Both the position numbers and the translations under genes were made by a program. Positions 58,136 through 64,000 of a stretch of 64,000 nucleotides of DNA are shown in pieces. The notes below the pieces were generated by a model. That model saw only the letters and a list, made by a program, of their open reading frames with translations, made no database searches and had not been told where the DNA came from. Location: assembly GCA_965221125.1 (NCBI GenBank), contig CBDCRW010000003.1, positions 288,001 through 352,000 of the forward strand. The letters run 5' to 3'. The DNA comes from Alphaproteobacteria bacterium. GTDB taxonomy: Bacteria; Pseudomonadota; Alphaproteobacteria; UBA828. Position 1 is the stretch's first letter. Each line of letters opens with the position of its first letter.

Positions 58136-60736
58136 CTAGAACCGCGCGTTGAAGGTGAGGAAGAAGGTGCGTCCCCAGCCGGCTGCGGTCGGCCCGTCCG
58201 TGCTGCTGGGGTTGGAGGTGTCCGTCGTGAGCGGCGTGTCGGTGAGATTGAAAACGCCGGCCGAGAACCGCGCGCCGTCGAGCCCCAGCGGATCGGCCCA
58301 GTCCAGCACCACGTCGTGACCGGTCCAGGACTCGAAGGTTCCGGAGCGTGACGCGTTCTCGAAGCTGGAGCGGTAATTGGCGGTCCAGATCGCGCTCAGG
58401 TTGCCGCGCTTCACCAGGAAGCCGACGCGAAAGGCATTCCGGGCGATGACGTACGGGGCCTCCACGCCCGCGTAGCGCCGTTCGGCGTCGATGACGTAGC
58501 GCCAGGCCCCGCGCATGCCGACGATGCCCCAGTCCGTCCTGAAGCCCCCGCCGAAGCGCGTGTTGATGCCCGAGATCTCGGACTCGGCGATATTGTCGAA
58601 GCCCCGGCGAATGGTGATGTCACCGCCCTGGCGATCGATGCAGTTCTCCCTGGCGCCTCCTGCCGCGCATTCGGGCAGATTCAGCATGGCCCAGGTCGCG
58701 GTGTTCAGCCCTACCCCGTCGGAAACCGACAGCCGGTACCATTCCCCACTCAGGAAGAACGGCCCCTCGCGCGCCTCGGCGCCGAAGGAGAGCCTCTCCG
58801 CCTTCACGGGATCGAGACTCGTATTGCCTGAGAGCTCCTGCGTCACCTGCCGGGGGTTCGGCGCCGCGCAGGTGCGGGGTGGAGGACCGGCGCCCGGATC
58901 GCACAGCACGTAGGGATGGCCCTGCACCTCGGTGCTGTAGAGATACACCATTCCGGGCGACGACTCTCCCGTGCTCCAGGAGCCCCGCAGCGTAAAGATG
59001 TCGGTTGCCCGGTATTCGGTCCCAAGGCGCCAGGATGCCAGCCCGCCCACATCGTCGAGTTCGACGCCGCGCCCCGCGACCCTGAGGTCGAGCGCGTCGG
59101 CCACCGGAAGCAACGCTTCGCCGAATACCGCGGCGGATTGGCGCTCGCCGGCGTAGCTCACCCCGCCGGATCCAAGTACCTCGGTCACGTTGTAGATCGC
59201 GCCGTCCCGGCCGCGATATTGAAGGATTTGACGCGCTTCGGATCTGCCCAGCTCGATCCCCGTCGTCCACGCCGTATCGCCGCCGCCGATCGCGAAGCCG
59301 GATCCCTCCAGCGCCATCCGGGCGCCGAGGGACTCCGCGCCGGAATCCTCCTCCTGCCGCACCCGGCTGTCCCTTATGGCATCCAGATGCGCCGGATCGT
59401 CGGAAAACGGGTCTTCGAGGTCGTACGCCCCCGCTCTGATTCTCTCCCTCATCGTTTGCGCATGCACCAGATTAAAGCCGGTCTTGAGACTGTCCCACTG
59501 ATAGGCGCGGATGCGCGCATCGTAGCCCAGGCTCTCCGTCAGGCGACCCTCGATGCCCAGGGAGATGTCGTATTCCTCTCCCCTTGTCACCCACTCCCGG
59601 TTGCCGTGGCCTACCATGCGGTGCCCCACCGAGAAGCGGTCGTCCGCATCCGCTTGAAAGTCCGAGCCGGCCGATACGGCTGCAGCGTTGATCGCTTCCA
59701 GCAGGTCCGGTTCGCCGTCGTTGTCGCTATCCGTCTGGGGCAGAGGGAAGGAGAAAACATCGACCGACGGCGCATAGACGGACTTCGTCTCGTATTGCGA
59801 GAAGTTTGCGTCCAGACGCAGTTCGACATCGTCGCCGAGGGGATGATCGAGGTCCACGACGGCGGTCTGCTGCTCACGGCTCATGGTGTCCCACCAGATG
59901 TCGCCATAGGCGTAGCCGCAGCCCTCGTCATCGTTGTCCGGGTCGGTGCCGGGCGGGTTGCTGAGCCCGGGGACGTAGCCATGCGCCGGGTCGCAGTCCC
60001 CCAGCGCGACCGATCTTTTCGGCAAGGGCTCGTCGTTATTGTCCAGCTCCGGGTTGCCGTCTTGATCCAGCCGGACGACGAAAACGGTGTTGCCGCTGAC
60101 GCTGACATTCTTGGACTGACTGAACGTTCCGCCGTCCACCCATTCGGATCTACTGTGCACCCGGCTCCGGCCGGGGATTTCCTGGCGATCGATGACGTCC
60201 ACGCCGAGGGTCATGCGCCCCTCGCCGACCGAGCCGCCCCAGAAGACGCTGCCCTGCCGGCCGTCGCCGCCGTCGCGGCTCGGCATGCGCGTGCCCGCGC
60301 GCGTCTCGAAGCCGTCCAGGTCCTTACGGAGCACGACGTTGATCGCGCCGCGCAGCGTGCCGGCGCCGAGAGTGCCCAGGCTGTCGCCGCCGAGAATCTC
60401 GATGCGCTCGACCGCCGAAAGGGGCAGGGGTTCCAGATCGCCGCCTGTGGAGGAGTACGGCCTGCCATCGACCAGGACGAGCAGCGCCTGCCCCCCGGTG
60501 AGGAAGTAGCGGGTGATGCCGGTATTCAGCAGCTCTTCAAGCGTCTGCGCGCCCGAACGCTCGATAAAGCCGCGGTCGAATTCGGCGACAACGCGCGGTC
60601 CGGGCGCGAGGGAGCCGGCCTGTGCCGCGCCCGCCGCCAGCATGGCAAGAACGGCAAGCGAAGCCAGAAGGCTCCGTATCGGAATTCTGCATCCGTTTCG
60701 TGCTACGCCGGATGGATGCGCATGTGTCGCGTGCAT
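58136..60736 (-). CDS. TonB-dependent receptor-like outer-membrane protein (start uncertain)
   Basis: LVLVDGRP, LSAVERIEIL, GAINVVL plug motifs; GVFNLTD; ends GRTFFLTFNARF. Confidence 0.85.
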   Translation of the reverse strand: MHATHAHPSGVARNGCRIPIRSLLASLAVLAMLAAGAAQAGSLAPGPRVVAEFDRGFIERSGAQTLEELLNTGITRYFLTGGQALLVLVDGRPYSSTGGDLEPLPLSAVERIEILGGDSLGTLGAGTLRGAINVVLRKDLDGFETRAGTRMPSRDGGDGRQGSVFWGGSVGEGRMTLGVDVIDRQEIPGRSRVHSRSEWVDGGTFSQSKNVSVSGNTVFVVRLDQDGNPELDNNDEPLPKRSVALGDCDPAHGYVPGLSNPPGTDPDNDDEGCGYAYGDIWWDTMSREQQTAVVDLDHPLGDDVELRLDANFSQYETKSVYAPSVDVFSFPLPQTDSDNDGEPDLLEAINAAAVSAGSDFQADADDRFSVGHRMVGHGNREWVTRGEEYDISLGIEGRLTESLGYDARIRAYQWDSLKTGFNLVHAQTMRERIRAGAYDLEDPFSDDPAHLDAIRDSRVRQEEDSGAESLGARMALEGSGFAIGGGDTAWTTGIELGRSEARQILQYRGRDGAIYNVTEVLGSGGVSYAGERQSAAVFGEALLPVADALDLRVAGRGVELDDVGGLASWRLGTEYRATDIFTLRGSWSTGESSPGMVYLYSTEVQGHPYVLCDPGAGPPPRTCAAPNPRQVTQELSGNTSLDPVKAERLSFGAEAREGPFFLSGEWYRLSVSDGVGLNTATWAMLNLPECAAGGARENCIDRQGGDITIRRGFDNIAESEISGINTRFGGGFRTDWGIVGMRGAWRYVIDAERRYAGVEAPYVIARNAFRVGFLVKRGNLSAIWTANYRSSFENASRSGTFESWTGHDVVLDWADPLGLDGARFSAGVFNLTDTPLTTDTSNPSSTDGPTAAGWGRTFFLTFNARF

Positions 60737-60907
60737 GCTGCTGCCCTCCCCTTCGCCCCGGCACCTCATACAACATTCCGGCCGCCCGGACGACGCGCCG
60801 AGCATATTGGCAACCGCCCCGTCACCGAAGAACGATTTTCCGATGGCACCGAGAATTTTTGCAAATAGCCGGGAGGCTCGCCGCTCAAGCCGTATGCCGA
60901 GCCGGTC

Positions 60908-61765
60908 CTAGCGGCCGTAGTTAAAATCCGTCTCTTCGCTGTCCTCGTATTCCGCGAGGATCTCGTCCATCTCGGCGTAGGCGGCCTCTTCCTCCTCCTG
61001 CTTCTTGCGGCGCTTCTTCTCGACGAAGCCGACGGAGATGATCGAGATCTCGTAGAGCGCGATCAGCGGGATGCCGAGCCCGACCTGGCTGAAGAGGTCC
61101 GGCGGCGTGAGGATCGCCGCGGCGATGAACACGATGACGATGGCGTACTTGCGCTTGCGCTTGAGCCCGGCCGACGTGGCAAGGCCGGCACGGCCCATGA
61201 GCGTCAGCATCACCGGAAGCTGGAAGGCGATGCCGAAGGCGAAGATCAGCTTCATCACCAGCGACAGGTACTCGCCGATCTTGGGCAGCAGCTCGAGGCC
61301 GAGACGTTCGTCCGTGGGCGTGTCCTGGAACGAGACGAAGAAATTGAAGGCCTGTGGGAAGATGAAGTAGTAAACCAATGCGCCACCGGAGAAAAACAGG
61401 ACCGGCGTGATGAACAGGAAGGGCAGGACGGCCCTCTTCTCGTTCTTGTAGAGCCCCGGCGCCACGAACATCCAGAACTGCGTCGCGATCAGCGGGAAGG
61501 AGACGAAGAAGGCGCCCCAGAAGGCGATCTTCAGCTCGGTGAAGAACGCCTCCAGCAGGTGGGTGTAGATCAGGTTGGTGTCGTGCCCTTCTTCGGCCAG
61601 CACATCGCGCAGCGGCTCGACCAGGAAGGCGAAGATGTCCGAAGCCACGTACCAGCAGCCGAGAAAGGCGATGACGAGCCCGATGGCCGCAAAGGCGAGA
61701 CGGCGCCTGAGCTCGATCAGGTGGTCGATCAGCGGCGCGCGCGATTGTTCGATCTGGTCGACCAC
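60908..61765 (-). CDS. tatC: Twin-arginine translocase subunit TatC
   Basis: HLIELRRRL, FVAPGLY, AFQLP, AAILTPPD. Confidence 0.96.
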   Translation of the reverse strand: MVDQIEQSRAPLIDHLIELRRRLAFAAIGLVIAFLGCWYVASDIFAFLVEPLRDVLAEEGHDTNLIYTHLLEAFFTELKIAFWGAFFVSFPLIATQFWMFVAPGLYKNEKRAVLPFLFITPVLFFSGGALVYYFIFPQAFNFFVSFQDTPTDERLGLELLPKIGEYLSLVMKLIFAFGIAFQLPVMLTLMGRAGLATSAGLKRKRKYAIVIVFIAAAILTPPDLFSQVGLGIPLIALYEISIISVGFVEKKRRKKQEEEEAAYAEMDEILAEYEDSEETDFNYGR

Positions 61766-61904
61766 GGGCTAGGCACTCGCCTGGAGAGAGACCGGAAGGA
61801 CGGGAACGCCGGCGGGCGGGCGGGCCGCCCCTGAATCGACGTTATGCGACACTGGCGTGCCGGACCGGGGCTGCCGCGACATTCCGGAAAACGGGACCGG
61901 GCGC

Positions 61905-62432
61905 CTAGGCGCTCGCACCGCGCGCGGGCGAGCCGTCCGCGCCGTCGCCCTGCGTCTCCGCCGCCGGCGCCGCAGGTGCGGCCTGTGCGGCAGCCGGCGC
62001 GCTCTCGGCCGCCGATGCGGCGGTCTCGGCCTGGCCGCCGTCCGCCTCCGCCGGCTGGGCGCCCGGCGGCTCGCCACCGTTGGGCTTCGCGGCCGCGGCC
62101 CCGGAAGACGGCACGACGTCCTCGTTGAGCATCTTGTTCATCGAGTCCGTGCTCTCGGCCACGTCGCGCTTCACCGCGTCCGCGCCCTCGTTCACGTCGC
62201 GCTTGGCGGTGGAAAGCTCGCGGTTCGCCTCGTCGATCTCCTTCTTGATCGCATCGATCTCGGTCGCGTCCGCAGCCTCCTCGATGGTTCGCTGGAAGTC
62301 GCGGGCGTAGCCGCGCGCCTTGCCCATCCACTGGCCCGCCGTCTTCACGATGCGCGGCAGGTCTTTCGGCCCGACGACGATCAGGGCGATCAGCATCAGG
62401 ATGATGAGCTCTTGCCAACCGAGTTCGAACAT
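61905..62432 (-). CDS. tatB: Twin-arginine translocase subunit TatB
   Basis: MFELGWQEL...ALIVVGPKDLP. Confidence 0.93.
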   Translation of the reverse strand: MFELGWQELIILMLIALIVVGPKDLPRIVKTAGQWMGKARGYARDFQRTIEEAADATEIDAIKKEIDEANRELSTAKRDVNEGADAVKRDVAESTDSMNKMLNEDVVPSSGAAAAKPNGGEPPGAQPAEADGGQAETAASAAESAPAAAQAAPAAPAAETQGDGADGSPARGASA

Positions 62433-62495
62433 TCTTGTTCCCGCTCAGGAAGCGGGCGATCTCCCTGTTTCTCTGCGGCCGTCCGGCGTCCGGGT

Positions 62496-62762
62496 CTAGC
62501 TCTTGGCGGCTTCGTCCTTCTTGACTGCGCCGGCCTCGATCGGGGCGGCTTCGCTCTCGATCACCTTGGGCTCCTGCGGAGCGTCGGCCGGCGCGGTTGC
62601 GCTCTGGGCCGGCGGCGGAGGCGCCTCGCCTTCGCGCATGCCGGTCTTGAAGCTCTTGATGCCCTTGGCGAAGTCCCCCATCAGGCGCGGCAGCTTGCCG
62701 GCGCCGAACAGCAGCACGATCACCAGGACGATCAGAAGGATTTGCCAGATAGAGATACCCAT
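62496..62762 (-). CDS. tatA: Twin-arginine translocase subunit TatA
   Basis: LLFGAGKLPRLMGDFAKGIKSFK. Confidence 0.95.
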   Translation of the reverse strand: MGISIWQILLIVLVIVLLFGAGKLPRLMGDFAKGIKSFKTGMREGEAPPPPAQSATAPADAPQEPKVIESEAAPIEAGAVKKDEAAKS

Positions 62763-63088
62763 GACACGGCTCCAGTCTTACGACAGCGGCGGTCGCGACA
62801 GCCGGTCACGAGCGCACCGTCAGCCGCACGTTTCCGGTCCCGCAGCCTTGCCGCCTACAGGTCCTGTATCGCAGGGAACACAAAAGTTCGGCGTCGGTCA
62901 AGCCGAATGCGGGCAGGGCTCGCGACCGCCGGCGGCGGGCGGCGGGCGAATGCGCGCACGGATCGGTGCGTCCGGCCCGCTTTTCTCACCCAGGTCACGG
63001 CCCGTAATTCCGCCCGCACCCCGGCTTGAAGCGCCTCCGCAGTCCGACTACGGTGCCGACCCGTCACCGAGCCGCAAGGGGGGAGAGC

Positions 63089-64000
63089 ATGGAGCTTCAG
63101 CGGGAAGCGTTGATCGACGTGGCCATGGGCTACGAGCCCGCCGACGCGGTCATCAGGAACGGCAGCGTGGTCAACGTCCACACCGGCACCATCAAGGCCG
63201 AAGGGATCGCCATCAAGGGCGAGCGCATCGCCGCCGTCGGCGACGTGGACTACGCCGTCGGCGACGACACCGCCATCATCGATGCAGGCGGGCGCTTCCT
63301 GGTGCCGGGCCTCATCGACCCCCATTGCCACCAGTGGCACACCTACGCCAACTCGACCGTGTTCGCCGCCTGCCGGCTGCTGCACGGGTCGACGACGATC
63401 GTGGACGGCTTCTACGGCCACGCCATCGTCAACGGCATGCGCGCGTCGCGCTACTTCCTCGACGAGCTGCTGGCGACGCCGGTCAAGCCGATCTTCGTCA
63501 CCCCCACCATGTGCTACACGCAGAACCGCGGCATCGGCTTCCCCGCCTCGCCCAACGCGCCCAGCATCGAGGACCTCCGCGACTCGCTCACCTGGCCCGA
63601 GACCAAGGGCATCGAGGAGATCAGCCCGGAGCTGATGCTCTATCAGAACCAGCGCGACCGGGCGCTGCTCAGCCTGATGGAGGAGGCGCTCGACATGGGC
63701 AAGGTCATCCAGGGCCACTCCGCAGGGATGACCGACGAGAAGATCACCAATGCCTGGGTCGCCTCCGGGATCATGCACAACCACGAGATCGTCAACGCCT
63801 CGGAGACCCGCCGCCAGGCCGAGCTCGGCATCTGGATCGTCATCCGGGAAGGCAGCGCCTGCAAGGACATAGAGGCGTGTCTTCCGGTGATTACCGAGGA
63901 AGGCTACCACCCCCGCGCCTACCAGCTCTGCACCGACGTGATCACGCCGGACTGGATGCTGGAGCGCGGCCAGATGGACAACGCGATCCGCGTCGCCGTG
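63089..64000 (+). CDS. Adenine deaminase-like amidohydrolase (runs off the window; absent from the ORF track)
   Basis: Hand translation MELQREALIDVAMGYEPADAVIRNGSVVNVHTG...LVPGLIDPHCH...IQGH...NHE...IREGSA...CTD. Confidence 0.8.
   Translation, partial: MELQREALIDVAMGYEPADAVIRNGSVVNVHTGTIKAEGIAIKGERIAAVGDVDYAVGDDTAIIDAGGRFLVPGLIDPHCHQWHTYANSTVFAACRLLHGSTTIVDGFYGHAIVNGMRASRYFLDELLATPVKPIFVTPTMCYTQNRGIGFPASPNAPSIEDLRDSLTWPETKGIEEISPELMLYQNQRDRALLSLMEEALDMGKVIQGHSAGMTDEKITNAWVASGIMHNHEIVNASETRRQAELGIWIVIREGSACKDIEACLPVITEEGYHPRAYQLCTDVITPDWMLERGQMDNAIRVAV

Overview
GC-rich bacterial chromosome segment, most likely alphaproteobacterial (tim44-mltA-smr / fxsA-secB / tatABC order, hpn genes). Left arm (1-19.4 kb): MFS, STAS and GPP34 genes, a sugar-type ABC system with a duplicated permease, pyridoxamine-pyruvate aminotransferase, an isoprenoid/hopanoid block (dxs-shc-hpnG facing hpnH-ispH), cutA, a VapBC-type pair and pxpBC-like genes. 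Centre (19.5-43.7 kb): a proteusin (NHLP-leader) RiPP cluster with precursor core LCCCW, a YcaO cyclodehydratase, a flavin-dependent Trp-halogenase-family enzyme, an NHLM peptidase/ABC exporter and an MMPL + LolA-like + beta-barrel set. From recall, this core matches the sponge-microbiome srp clusters, so the core itself is not new. The less explained parts are (i) an NHLP leader fused to a class II terpene-cyclase-like domain, (ii) an AlkB-type monooxygenase fused to a degenerate GlnE-like domain, and (iii) an orphan enzyme-sized gene. Together they suggest a lipid- or terpene-modified RiPP (inference). The AlkB-GlnE gene is split by a 4,621-bp TGT...ACA transposon with a 5-bp target duplication that also carries a RecA-fold helicase-like gene. 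Right arm: amiE, dihydropyrimidinase, polar amino-acid ABC, HicBA remnant, lutABC, mltA, tim44, fxsA, secB, a TonB-dependent receptor, tatCBA and a partial adenine-deaminase-like gene. I saw no rRNA, tRNA or CRISPR array. All family calls come from motif recognition by eye; no database searches were run.
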